A DNA stretch of 64,000 bases from Acidobacteriota bacterium (GTDB taxonomy: Bacteria > Acidobacteriota > Vicinamibacteria > Vicinamibacterales > UBA2999). Shown piece by piece: positions 13,619 to 23,083 of the stretch (positions are counted from its first letter, which is position 1; each line of letters starts with the position of its first letter). The position numbers were made by a program, and so were the translations under genes. The stretch lies in the NCBI GenBank assembly GCA_963169195.1, contig CAUJDN010000061.1:19833-83832 (forward strand), written 5' to 3'. A model generated the notes under the pieces. That model searched no databases, was not told the origin of the DNA, and saw nothing but the letters and a program-made list of their open reading frames with translations.

Positions 13619-15334
13619 CTACTGCTGCGCGTTGGCCGGCCGCGACGGCTGGATGACCAGCCGCTTGCCGATGCTGAGCGCGGAGCCCTTGAGGTTGTTC
13701 CAGGCCTTCAGCTGGTTCACGGTGGTGCCGTGACGGCGCGCGATGGCGTAGAGCGTATCCCCCGGCCGCACACGGTAGATGGTGGCCGGAACCTCGTCGG
13801 ACTCACCGGCGTCCGCCACGGCCACGGTAACGGAGGCTGGTTCCTCGCTGGCACCGGCCGCCCGCGCGAGCAAGGCTGCGGTCGGCATGCGCGGGACGAC
13901 GAGCCGCTGGCCCGCGCGCACGCGGGCGTTCACGCGGAGGTAGTTGGCCTCGGCCAGATCGCTGCGGCTGACGCGCAGCTTGCGCGCGATGGACGAGATC
14001 GACTCGCCCGCCTTCACGGTGTGCCACTGCAGCGCGTTCAGCTGGTGCGGCGCCGACGCCGAGAGGCCGGCCCGGACCTTTTCGGCCGTTCCCAGGGGGA
14101 CGGTCAACTCGTAGGCTCCCTCGCGGATCGGGGTGGTCCAGCGCCGGAACTCGGGGTTGAGGCGCTGGATGTCGTCCACCGGCACCTCGGCCCATTCGGC
14201 CACGCGGCGCAAATCCACGGCGGCCGGCAGCGTCACCGTCTCCGATGGCGTCGGCTCGTGCGGCACGACGTCGAACCCGTACTGGGCCGGGTTCTTGGCG
14301 ATGATGATGGCCGCCAGGATCATCGGGACGTAGTTGCGCGTCTCCCGCGGCAGGTAGCGGGTCGTCGAGGTGAGCGCCCAGAAGTCGTCCTTGCGGCTCG
14401 CCCGGAGGGCCCGCTGCAGGCGGCCAGGCCCCCCGTTGTACGACGCCAGCGCGAGGTGCCAGTCGTCGAACATGCCGTGCAGGGTCTTGAGGTACCTGGC
14501 CGCGGCGAGGGTGGCCTTTTCCGGGTCCGCACGCTCGTCGAGGTACCAGTCGGCCTTGAGGCCGTTCTCGATGGCCGTGCCGCGCATGAACTGCCAGACG
14601 CCGCGCGCCTTCGCCCGGGAAAGCGCCGTGGGCTTGAACGCGCTCTCGATGAGCGGGACGTAGGCCAGGTCCAGCGGCAGCCCCTCGGCCCTGAACACGC
14701 TCTGGATCATCGGCAGGTACTGCGCGCCGCGCGCCAGGCCCTCCTCGAGGAACTCCCGCAGCCGCCCCTGGAACGCCTCGACCCAGGAGAGCACGCGGTT
14801 GTTGTTCGGTATGGGGATGTCGGGCGTGTTGGCCTCGAGGTCTGCCGCGACCGCTTCAACCGTGGCCAGCTGCGGCGGCGTGGTGTCGAAGCTCTCGATG
14901 GCCAGCAACTGGTCGATCGACGCCGGCTCGGTGCGGGTTTCGGTGAACCCGTCACCCTGTGCGAGTGCGCCCTGCTCCAGCACGCTGATGCGGTCCACCA
15001 GCCCGTCGAAGTGGGCGCGGATCCGGGGGGTGGAACGGGCCCCGTCCACGCTTTCGAGCAGTGTGTCGAGCGCCCGGTCGAACTCCTGGCGGGCTTGTTC
15101 CAGATGGCCGAGCGTCAGTTGCTGCTGGCCGCGCTCGAAGTAGAGGTTCGACTGGGCGATGAGGGCATCGACTGGATCGGGAAGCGGAGTGGCCGAGACC
15201 TCGGCATCGGCGGCGGGCACGGGCGCGACCGGTTGTACCTGCACGCCCTTCTGAGCCGAGTTGCCTGCGCACCCGGTCAGCAGCAGCGCCGTGGAGGCGC
15301 AGGCGAGCGATCGCCGAAGCATCTGGCTGGTCAT
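13619..15334 (-). CDS. Lipoprotein lytic murein transglycosylase (MltD-like: SLT domain + 2 LysM)
   Basis: Lipobox LLLTGC. SLT region ..LIESAFKPTALSRAKARGVWQFM... Two C-terminal LysM repeats (YTVKAGESISSIARK.., YRVRPGDTLYAIARR..). Confidence 0.85.
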   Translation of the reverse strand: MTSQMLRRSLACASTALLLTGCAGNSAQKGVQVQPVAPVPAADAEVSATPLPDPVDALIAQSNLYFERGQQQLTLGHLEQARQEFDRALDTLLESVDGARSTPRIRAHFDGLVDRISVLEQGALAQGDGFTETRTEPASIDQLLAIESFDTTPPQLATVEAVAADLEANTPDIPIPNNNRVLSWVEAFQGRLREFLEEGLARGAQYLPMIQSVFRAEGLPLDLAYVPLIESAFKPTALSRAKARGVWQFMRGTAIENGLKADWYLDERADPEKATLAAARYLKTLHGMFDDWHLALASYNGGPGRLQRALRASRKDDFWALTSTTRYLPRETRNYVPMILAAIIIAKNPAQYGFDVVPHEPTPSETVTLPAAVDLRRVAEWAEVPVDDIQRLNPEFRRWTTPIREGAYELTVPLGTAEKVRAGLSASAPHQLNALQWHTVKAGESISSIARKLRVSRSDLAEANYLRVNARVRAGQRLVVPRMPTAALLARAAGASEEPASVTVAVADAGESDEVPATIYRVRPGDTLYAIARRHGTTVNQLKAWNNLKGSALSIGKRLVIQPSRPANAQQ

Positions 15335-15407
15335 TCCACCCCGACTGTCGGAGTCGGCAGCGTAGCACGCCCCCTTTCAGCGGGTCAACCCATGCGCTAT
15401 CAAGCCT

Positions 15408-17225
15408 TTACAACCGCCACCCTTCCCACGTGAACACCCGGGCCGCCTCGCCCGCGTCGCGTGCGGCGGGCGTGATGATGGTGCGCTCGCCGACGAGGAT
15501 CTTCCGGCCCTCCTTGACGGCGGTGCGGACATCGTCTTCGCACACGAACGACACTGGTGCGGCCGGCGCCTGGGCGGGCGCCGCCGGTGTGGCGACACCC
15601 GGGCCCGCCGGGGGCGTCGAAGCCCCCGGCACGCTCCCCGGCCTGGCCATGCCCCTGGTCGCCAGGAACTGGTCGATGCGGGACGCCAGGGTCGCCGCCG
15701 GGACGGGGTCGGCCACCGGCCTGGCCGGCGGCTTCGGGAGAGGTGGCTGGCTCGAGCCGGTGCTCCCGCCGGGAACGGCTGACGCCGACGATGGGGGCAA
15801 GGTCGCCGAGGCACGACCGGTCACCGCCACGTCGGGGTCGGGTGCCGGCGCGTCGACATCGCGGATGCCGTAGGCGAGCCGCTTGATGTTCAACAGATGC
15901 CGTGGGGAGATGTTGTCGGAGGTGATGTTCCCGCCGAAGCCGCCACACCCGAGCGTCATGGCCGGGTCGAGCCCGGTGGTCAGCCCGATCGACCCGTGTG
16001 TGGTCGGCGTGTTGACGACGATGCGGAAGGCGGGCTTGTGGAGCCCGAACTCCAGGATGACGGCCTCGTTGCGGGAGTGGATGGACATGGTGTGGCCCAT
16101 CCCGCCGTAGCGCAGGATCTGCTTGCAGCGCTCGCATCCTTCGCGCCAGTCCTTCACCACGTAGTACGAGAGGACGGGGCACAGTTTCTCGATGGAGAGG
16201 GGGAAGTCACGCCCGACGCCCGCCAGCTCCACGAGGAGCGCGCGCGTGCCCGCAGGCACGGCTACGCCCAGCCGCTCCGCGATGGCGGCGGCTGACTTGC
16301 CGACCAGCGCCGGGTTGGGCAGGCGTTGCGGCGTGATGAGCAGCTTCGCCAGCGCCTCGCCCTGTGCGGCGGACAGGAAGTGGCCGCCGTGGGCCGCAAA
16401 CGCCCGCCGGACCTCTTCATCGATGGCGCGATCCACGACGACCGAGTTCGGCGAGGAGCAGAGGACGCCGTGGTCGAAGCTCTTGCCGGCGACGATGTCG
16501 CGTGCGGCCTTCGACACGTCGGCCGACGACTCGATGTAGCAGGGGGCATTGCCCGGGCCAACGCCGTATGCCGGCTTGCCCGCGCTGTAGGCCGCGCGCA
16601 CGAGGCCCATGCCGCCGGTCGCGAGAATCACCGAGACCTCGCGGGCCTTCATGAGCTCCTGCGTGCCCTCGAGGGTGACGGTCGTCATCCACCCGATGGC
16701 GCCGTCGGGCAGGCCGGCACGCCTGGCGGCCTCGTGCATGATCTCGGCGGTGCGGGTGATGCAGCGGGCCGCGGCGGGGTGCGGGCTCAGCACGACCGCG
16801 CACCGGGCCTTGATCGAGATGAGCAGCTTGTAGATGGCCGTGGACGTCGGGTTGGTGGACGGCACGATGGCAGCCACCACGCCGAAGGGCTCGGCGATCT
16901 CGACGATCCTCTTCGCTTCGTCGCGCCGGACCACGCCGACGGTGGCCATTGGCCTGATGAACGCGTGGACGCGTCCGGAAGCGAACAGGTTCTTCTGGAC
17001 CTTGTCGGCGACGACGCCGAAGCCGGTCTCCTCGACGGCGAGCCGCGCCAGGGCCTCGGCGTGAGGCGTGACGGCCGCGGCCATGGCATCCACGATGGTG
17101 TCGATCTGCGGCTGGGTGAACTCCGCCAGGAGGGCCTGGGCGGCGCTCGCGCGGCGCACGAGCGCCCGCGCCTCGGCCATGGAGGCGAGATCCCTGTCGG
17201 TCTGTGCGGGAGCCCCGGTGGCCAC
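15408..17225 (-). CDS. CoA-acylating aldehyde dehydrogenase (AdhE N-terminal / ACDH-like) with ~150-aa Pro/Ala-rich C-terminal extension
   Basis: 605 aa. ALDH core with ..IVPSTNPTST.. and catalytic Cys region ..KSFDHGVLCSSPNSVVVD... The core ends near ..HLLNIKRLAY.., followed by low-complexity linkers and a terminal module. It starts 3 nt after the BMC-H stop. Confidence 0.85.
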   Translation of the reverse strand: MATGAPAQTDRDLASMAEARALVRRASAAQALLAEFTQPQIDTIVDAMAAAVTPHAEALARLAVEETGFGVVADKVQKNLFASGRVHAFIRPMATVGVVRRDEAKRIVEIAEPFGVVAAIVPSTNPTSTAIYKLLISIKARCAVVLSPHPAAARCITRTAEIMHEAARRAGLPDGAIGWMTTVTLEGTQELMKAREVSVILATGGMGLVRAAYSAGKPAYGVGPGNAPCYIESSADVSKAARDIVAGKSFDHGVLCSSPNSVVVDRAIDEEVRRAFAAHGGHFLSAAQGEALAKLLITPQRLPNPALVGKSAAAIAERLGVAVPAGTRALLVELAGVGRDFPLSIEKLCPVLSYYVVKDWREGCERCKQILRYGGMGHTMSIHSRNEAVILEFGLHKPAFRIVVNTPTTHGSIGLTTGLDPAMTLGCGGFGGNITSDNISPRHLLNIKRLAYGIRDVDAPAPDPDVAVTGRASATLPPSSASAVPGGSTGSSQPPLPKPPARPVADPVPAATLASRIDQFLATRGMARPGSVPGASTPPAGPGVATPAAPAQAPAAPVSFVCEDDVRTAVKEGRKILVGERTIITPAARDAGEAARVFTWEGWRL

Positions 17226-17228
17226 GCG

Positions 17229-17510
17229 TTAGCCCTTCGGCAGGATGCGTTCGACCTCGGCGTGCGGGCGGGGGATGACGTGCACCGAGATGAGCTCGCC
17301 CACGCGGCGCGCGGCCGCGGCGCCGGCGTCGGTGGCGGCCTTCACGGCGCCGACGTCGCCGCGCACCAGCACGGTCACGTAGCCGGCCCCGATGTATTCG
17401 GTGCCGATCAGCAGGACATTGGCGGCCTTCACCATGGCATCGGCCGCCTCGACCGAGCCGATGAACCCGCGTGTTTCCACCATGCCGAGCGCGTCGCGAG
17501 GGATGTCCAT
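17229..17510 (-). CDS. Bacterial microcompartment shell protein, BMC-H (PduA/EutM/CcmK fold, single BMC domain)
   Basis: 93 aa from Met32 of ORF 17229..17603: [63 protein letters not shown]..., a canonical Pfam00936-type pattern. Confidence 0.88.
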   Translation of the reverse strand: MDIPRDALGMVETRGFIGSVEAADAMVKAANVLLIGTEYIGAGYVTVLVRGDVGAVKAATDAGAAAARRVGELISVHVIPRPHAEVERILPKG

Positions 17511-17545
17511 CGAGTGACCCGCATGATATTCTCGATGCGTTCGCC

Positions 17546-18433
17546 ATGCAACGAAGAGTGCCGCCCGTCCTGCGCGCGTGCGTGGCCCTCGCGCTCGCCA
17601 CACTCTGCGCCGCCTGCGGGGGCGGCGCGGACACCGCGCCCGCCGTGGGTCGCCTCGCCGTGTCGCTGTCGCGCGCGCGCGTGGCGCTCGGCAGCCCCGT
17701 CGATGTCAGTTACACGTTCACCCTCGCACCCGATGCACCCGCGCTCGGCACGCGGAAGGTGTTCGTCCACTTCCTCGACGCCAACGACGAGCTGATGTGG
17801 GTGGACGACCACGAGCCGCCGACGCCGACGGCCGAATGGAAGCCGGGCCAGACCATCGAGTACACGCGGACCATGTTCGTGGGGCGCCATCCCTACGTCG
17901 GCGCGGCGAGCGTGGTGGCCGGCCTCTACTCGCCCGAGTCCGGCGACCGCCTGATGCTCTCCAACGAGGATCGCGGCGACCGCTCGTACGCGGTGGCAGC
18001 CTTCGAGCTGCTCCCGCAGACCGAGAGCGTGTTCGTCGTCTTCAAGGACGGCTGGCACCCGGCGGAAATGGTGGGAGAGGGCGCGTCGCGCGTCGAGTGG
18101 CAGTGGACGAAGAAGGAGGCCACCGTGGCGTTCCGGAACCCGGCGCGCGACGTCGTGCTCTACCTTCAGGCCGACAACCCCAGCGGCAGCGCCAACGCCG
18201 CGCAGCAGCTGGAAGTCCGCCTGGGTGACCAGGTGCTCGGCACCGTGCCGCTCCGCCGCGATGGTCCCGTGGTGCAGAAGATCCCCATCACGGCCGCCCA
18301 GATGGGATCGGCGGACATGGTGGAACTGCGCTTCATCGCCGATAAGACCATTGTCCCGGCGCTCGAGCCCGGGGGGGCGGCGGGCGACTCCCGCGAGCTG
18401 GGCGCCCGCGTGTTTCACGCAGCCGTGCAGTAG
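17546..18433 (+). CDS. Secreted protein or lipoprotein of unknown function
   Basis: ATG at 17546. Signal peptide [26 protein letters not shown]. Coding-like composition, but no family assignment that I can support. Confidence 0.6.
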   Translation: MQRRVPPVLRACVALALATLCAACGGGADTAPAVGRLAVSLSRARVALGSPVDVSYTFTLAPDAPALGTRKVFVHFLDANDELMWVDDHEPPTPTAEWKPGQTIEYTRTMFVGRHPYVGAASVVAGLYSPESGDRLMLSNEDRGDRSYAVAAFELLPQTESVFVVFKDGWHPAEMVGEGASRVEWQWTKKEATVAFRNPARDVVLYLQADNPSGSANAAQQLEVRLGDQVLGTVPLRRDGPVVQKIPITAAQMGSADMVELRFIADKTIVPALEPGGAAGDSRELGARVFHAAVQ

Positions 18434-18481
18434 GGGAGCCAGAGTTGCACGGCAGACGGTAGAGCAGGCAGCGGGAGGCCG

Positions 18482-19207
18482 ATGCGGGTGACCATGGGCG
18501 CGGTTGGGACACGGGGGACGGGGCGCGTGTGCCCGCCGCTCGTCCGACTCGCGTTCTGCTTCGGACCTGTTGCCCTCTGCCCGCTCGCCATTCCAACGGT
18601 GGCGTCTGCCGACATCGTCGTGTTCACGACCGGGCGGACGATGTCGGTGGCGGCGGCCCGCGTAGAGGGCAACCGGCTCACGGTGACCCTGCGCGACGGG
18701 GGCGAGGCGAGTTTCCCGGCTGGCGTGGTCGCCCGCGTGGAGGCTGACGAGGCGCCCTATCCGGCGCCCGCGGACCCACCGCCCCTCGAGGTGGGGGCGG
18801 TCCCCGCACCGGGTGTCGCCGACGCGGCCCTCGCCTCGAGGCCGTTTGCGGACATCATCGCCGCCGCGGCCGCGGCCCATGGCGTGGATGCCCGCGTCGT
18901 GCACGCTGTCGTCGAGGCCGAGTCGAACTACCAGCCGCGCGCCCGATCGCGGAAGGGCGCCAAGGGGCTCATGCAGCTGATGCCGGCGACGGCACGGCAG
19001 TATGCCGTGCGGGACCCGTACGACCCGCGGACGAACATCGACGCCGGCGTGCGCCACCTGAAGGACCTGCTCGGCCGGTTTGACCTCGGGCTCGCGCTGG
19101 CGGCGTACAACGCGGGGGAAGCGGCGGTTCGCCGCCACGGGGGCGTCCCGCCCTTCGCCGAGACGCGGAGCTACGTCGCCCGTATCCTCCAGCGGGTGGG
19201 TCGATAG
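18482..19207 (+). CDS. Soluble lytic transglycosylase (SLT domain) protein
   Basis: SD GGGAGG upstream. Catalytic region ..VVEAESNYQPRARSRKGAKGLMQLMP.. and ..AAYNAGEAAV... Directly precedes the secretion/pilus cluster. Confidence 0.8.
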   Translation: MRVTMGAVGTRGTGRVCPPLVRLAFCFGPVALCPLAIPTVASADIVVFTTGRTMSVAAARVEGNRLTVTLRDGGEASFPAGVVARVEADEAPYPAPADPPPLEVGAVPAPGVADAALASRPFADIIAAAAAAHGVDARVVHAVVEAESNYQPRARSRKGAKGLMQLMPATARQYAVRDPYDPRTNIDAGVRHLKDLLGRFDLGLALAAYNAGEAAVRRHGGVPPFAETRSYVARILQRVGR

Positions 19208-19313
19208 GGGCTCACGCTCGACTGTCCGCGCCCCGTCTCGGTCTAACCTGGTGGGCCCGGGCGGACGATTTCGCCCATTTTCGTGTAACATCTTGTAGGA
19301 CAACCTTTTAGGG

Positions 19314-20525
19314 ATGGAGTTCCGCTGCCGCCTCGGCACCCCGTCGGGCGAGATCATCGAGGGCGTCTACGTCGCCCAGAGCGAGGCCGCGCTCCGCCGC
19401 GAGCTGGAGGAGAAGGGGCTCCACGTCCTGTCGCTCCGGGAGCGAGGGCAGCTCATCGGCCTGTCCTTCGGCGGGCGCCGCCACAAGATTGCGAGGCACG
19501 AGTTCCTGGTGTTCAACCAGGAGCTGGCAACCCTGCTGAAGGCCGGGATGCCGCTGGTGCAATCGCTCGACATCCTGCGGATGAGGCTGTCGAACCCCGT
19601 GTTCAAGGCCGTCCTGGACGACGTGCACGAGAAGGTGCGGGGGGGGACGGCGCTCTCGGACGCGTTCATGGCGCACGGGGAGCACTTCCCGAGCGTGTAC
19701 ACCGCGTCGCTCATGGCGGGGGAGCGGTCGGGTAATCTCGACGCGGTCCTGCGGCGCTACGTGGCCTACACGAAGGTCATCGACACCGTGCGGACGAAGT
19801 CGATCTCGGCGCTCGTGTACCCGGCCATCCTCATCGCGCTTGCGCTCGTGCTCGTGGGGATCATCGTGATCAAGGTGGTGCCCACGTTCTCGGAGTTCTA
19901 CACGAGTTTCGGCGCGCAGCTGCCGGTGTCGACGCGCGTCATCGTGGCCGTGTCGGACGTCGTCCGCGCGCAGATGTGGCCGCTGCTGGGGGCGGTGGTG
20001 ATCGGTGTCGTCGTGTTCCGGGCCTGGCTGAAGGGCCCGGGACAGCAGGCGCGTTTCGACCGGATCGTGCTGCGGCTGCCGGGCATCGGGCCGAGCATGC
20101 ACAAGTTCGCCACGTCGCAGCTGGCGCGGACGCTGGCCACGCTGCTCGGTGGCGGCATCCCGCTGGTGAACGCGCTCGACATCGCCTCGAAGTCCACGGG
20201 CAACCGCCACATGGGCCGTGAACTCGAGCTGGTGGCGCAGAAGGTCCGCGAAGGGCAGGGGTTCGCGACCACCCTGCTCGATCGGCAGACCGTGCCGGAC
20301 GTGGCGATCAAGATGATCGAGGTCGGGGAGAGCACCGGGGCGCTCCAGGAGATGCTCAACAGCCTGGCGGACTTCTACGACGAGGAGATTGAAACCGAGG
20401 TGAGCCGGTTCGTCACGCTCATCGAGCCGGCGCTGCTCGTCATCATGGGCGTGGTGATCGCCGCCATCGTGCTGGCGCTCTACATGCCGCTCTTCCAGTT
20501 GACCTCCGTCCTGGGCAACCGCTGA
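19314..20525 (+). CDS. gspF: Type II secretion / type IV pilus platform protein (GspF/PilC family)
   Basis: 403 aa with two T2SSF repeats (..FNQELATLLKAGMPLVQSL.., ..QLARTLATLLGGGIPLVNAL..) and three TM segments. Confidence 0.9.
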   Translation: MEFRCRLGTPSGEIIEGVYVAQSEAALRRELEEKGLHVLSLRERGQLIGLSFGGRRHKIARHEFLVFNQELATLLKAGMPLVQSLDILRMRLSNPVFKAVLDDVHEKVRGGTALSDAFMAHGEHFPSVYTASLMAGERSGNLDAVLRRYVAYTKVIDTVRTKSISALVYPAILIALALVLVGIIVIKVVPTFSEFYTSFGAQLPVSTRVIVAVSDVVRAQMWPLLGAVVIGVVVFRAWLKGPGQQARFDRIVLRLPGIGPSMHKFATSQLARTLATLLGGGIPLVNALDIASKSTGNRHMGRELELVAQKVREGQGFATTLLDRQTVPDVAIKMIEVGESTGALQEMLNSLADFYDEEIETEVSRFVTLIEPALLVIMGVVIAAIVLALYMPLFQLTSVLGNR

Positions 20526-22195
20526 TGGACGCCACCCAGCATCCCGATACCGACGCGCTCGATCCCGAGTCGCTCATCGAGGAACCCGCCGAGTCGGCGG
20601 CTGCCCTCGCGGCGCGGTCGGCAGAGGCCGAGCAGGCGCGGCGGCTGGCCGAGCGCTACCGGCTCGAGTTCCTGGACATGGCGGACTTCCGGATCGACCA
20701 GGAGCTCTTCCGGTCGATCCCGGCCGATCTCATGCTGCGCTACGGGTTCGTGCCCAGCCGCCGCGAGGGGAAGGCCATCGTCATCGTGGTCTCGGACCCG
20801 ACGGACCTCCCGATGATCGACGAGCTGAGCGTGCTGCTCGGGACGCCGATCAGGGTCATGGTGGGCGCGCGCTCGGCGATCGAGTCGATCCTGAAGAAGA
20901 GCGAGAGCTCGCAGCGGCTGCTGGACGAGGCCACCGAGGAGTTCCAGATCCAGGTCCTGCGCGAGGACGAGGGCGGGGAGGACAACCTCAGCCTCGAGCG
21001 CCTGACGAGCGACGACAGCCCCATCATCAAGCTGGTGCACCGGACCATCTTCACGGCCATCCAGCGGCGCGCGAGCGACATCCACATCGAGACGCAGGAC
21101 GATGCGGTGCACGTGAAGTACCGGGTGGACGGCGTGCTGCAGCCGGCGATGCGGCCCATCGCGAAGCGCTTCCACAGCTCGATCATCTCGCGCATCAAGG
21201 TGATGGCCGAGCTGGACATCGCCGAGAAGCGCGTGCCGCAGGACGGCCGCTTCAAGCTGAAGGTGCCGGGCAAGACCATCGATTTCCGCGTGTCGGTGAT
21301 GCCGAGCGCGCACGGCGAGGACGCGGTCATCCGCATCCTCGACAAGCAGTCGATCAGCGAGCAGTTCACCGAGCTGCGTCTCGACATCCTCGGGTTCCCC
21401 GACCTGGAACTGCGGCGCTTCCGCAAGTACATCCGGGAGCCGTACGGCATGGTGCTGGTCACCGGACCGACGGGGTCCGGCAAGACGACGACGCTCTATG
21501 CCGCCCTGGCCGAGATCAAGTCGATCGAGGACAAGATCATCACGATCGAGGACCCGGTCGAGTACCAGCTGCGCGGCATCACGCAGATCCCGATCAACGA
21601 GAAGAAGGGACTGACCTTCGCGCGCGGGCTGCGGTCCATCCTGCGCCACGACCCCGACAAGATCATGGTGGGCGAGATCCGCGACCCCGAGACGGCGCAA
21701 ATCGCCATCCAGTCGGCGCTGACGGGCCACCTGGTCTTCACCACGGTCCACGCCAACAACGTGTTCGACGTGCTGGGGCGGTTCCTGAACATGGGCGTGG
21801 AGCCGTACCAGTTCATCTCGGCGCTCAACTGCGTGATGGCCCAGCGGCTCGTCCGCCGTATCTGCGAGTCGTGCAGGCGCGAGGCGCGGTACGAGACGGA
21901 CCTGCTGATCGAGTCGGGACTGAACCCGGCGCTGGCCACCTCGCACGTGTTCCACGAGGGCGCCGGGTGCATCGAGTGCAGCGGCACCGGCTTCAAGGGC
22001 CGCATGGCCATCTGCGAGCTGCTGGACCTCACCGACAACATCCGCGAGATCATCCTGGACCGGCGGCCCATCTCCGAGGTCAAGCGCGCGGCCAAGGAAC
22101 AGGGGATGCGCTTCCTGCGCGAGTCGGCGGTCGAGCGCGTGATGCACGGCCTGACCACGCTGCGCGAGATCAACAAGGTGACCTTCGTCGAATGA
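20525..22195 (+). CDS. gspE: Type II secretion / type IV pilus assembly ATPase (GspE/PilB family)
   Basis: The start overlaps the gspF stop by 1 nt. Walker A ..VTGPTGSGKTTTLY.., Asp/His boxes, and tetracysteine motif CESC..CIEC. Confidence 0.93.
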   Translation: MDATQHPDTDALDPESLIEEPAESAAALAARSAEAEQARRLAERYRLEFLDMADFRIDQELFRSIPADLMLRYGFVPSRREGKAIVIVVSDPTDLPMIDELSVLLGTPIRVMVGARSAIESILKKSESSQRLLDEATEEFQIQVLREDEGGEDNLSLERLTSDDSPIIKLVHRTIFTAIQRRASDIHIETQDDAVHVKYRVDGVLQPAMRPIAKRFHSSIISRIKVMAELDIAEKRVPQDGRFKLKVPGKTIDFRVSVMPSAHGEDAVIRILDKQSISEQFTELRLDILGFPDLELRRFRKYIREPYGMVLVTGPTGSGKTTTLYAALAEIKSIEDKIITIEDPVEYQLRGITQIPINEKKGLTFARGLRSILRHDPDKIMVGEIRDPETAQIAIQSALTGHLVFTTVHANNVFDVLGRFLNMGVEPYQFISALNCVMAQRLVRRICESCRREARYETDLLIESGLNPALATSHVFHEGAGCIECSGTGFKGRMAICELLDLTDNIREIILDRRPISEVKRAAKEQGMRFLRESAVERVMHGLTTLREINKVTFVE

Positions 22196-23082
22196 GCCTC
22201 CTCGACTGGCTGGCAGCGGCCCCGCCCGACGTGGCGGTGGCCATCGATCGGGGACACGTCTCGGCCGCGCGCCTCGACTGGCGCGGCGGCCGGCCGGTCG
22301 TGGCCGCGGAAGCATGCGAGGCCCTTCCCGCGGGGACCGTGACGCCGGCGCTGGCCGTCGCCAACATGCCCGACACGGGCGCCGTCGGTGTCGTGGTCTC
22401 GCGGGTGCTGGGCGAGCTCGGCGGACGGGCCTCGCGCGTCGCGCTCGTCGTGCCCGACCCGGTGGTGAAGGTGTCCCTGATCCGCCTGGAGAAGGTGCCC
22501 CAGCGCGCCGCCGACCTGCGCGAGATCGTCCGCTGGCAGGTGAAGAAGAGCTCGCCCTTCCCGGTGGAGCAGGCGGTGCTCAGCATCAGCCCCGGCGAGG
22601 ATCTGCCCGACGGCGGCCGCGAGTTCGTCGTGGCGCTCGCCCGTGAGGATGTCATCCGGCAGTACGAGCAGGCGTGCGCGATGGCGCGGGCCCATGCCGG
22701 CGTCGTCGACCTGGCGACCTTCGGTGTCGTCAGCAGCATCCTGACGGGCGGCGTGCCCTCCGGGGACTGGCTGGTGGTCCACGTGGCCGAGTCGTTCACG
22801 ACCGTGGCCGTCATGCGCGGCGAGCGGCTGATCTTCTTCCGGACCCGATCCGACGAATCGGAGGGGACGCTGGGCGACCTCATCCACCAGACGGCGATGT
22901 ACTACGAGGACCGGCTCCAGGGCACGGGACTCTCGCACGTGTGGCTGGCGGGCCCCGGCGCGATGACCACCGAGGCGCAGCGGGACGTGGAAGCGCGGCT
23001 GAACACGCGTGTGGAGGCCATTCCGGCCGGCCCGCTGGCCCCGCTGATCGGCGTGCTCGCGCGCGACGGGAAGGCGGCCTGA
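22192..23082 (+). CDS. pilM: PilM-like actin-fold assembly protein
   Basis: The ATG at 22192 overlaps the gspE stop (ATGA). ..ALVVPDPVVKVSLIRLEKVPQRAADLREIVRWQVKKSSPFPVEQ.. is a typical PilM pattern. The upstream part of ORF 21871.. is out of frame within gspE. Confidence 0.8.
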   Translation: MSLLDWLAAAPPDVAVAIDRGHVSAARLDWRGGRPVVAAEACEALPAGTVTPALAVANMPDTGAVGVVVSRVLGELGGRASRVALVVPDPVVKVSLIRLEKVPQRAADLREIVRWQVKKSSPFPVEQAVLSISPGEDLPDGGREFVVALAREDVIRQYEQACAMARAHAGVVDLATFGVVSSILTGGVPSGDWLVVHVAESFTTVAVMRGERLIFFRTRSDESEGTLGDLIHQTAMYYEDRLQGTGLSHVWLAGPGAMTTEAQRDVEARLNTRVEAIPAGPLAPLIGVLARDGKAA

Positions 23083-23083
23083 C

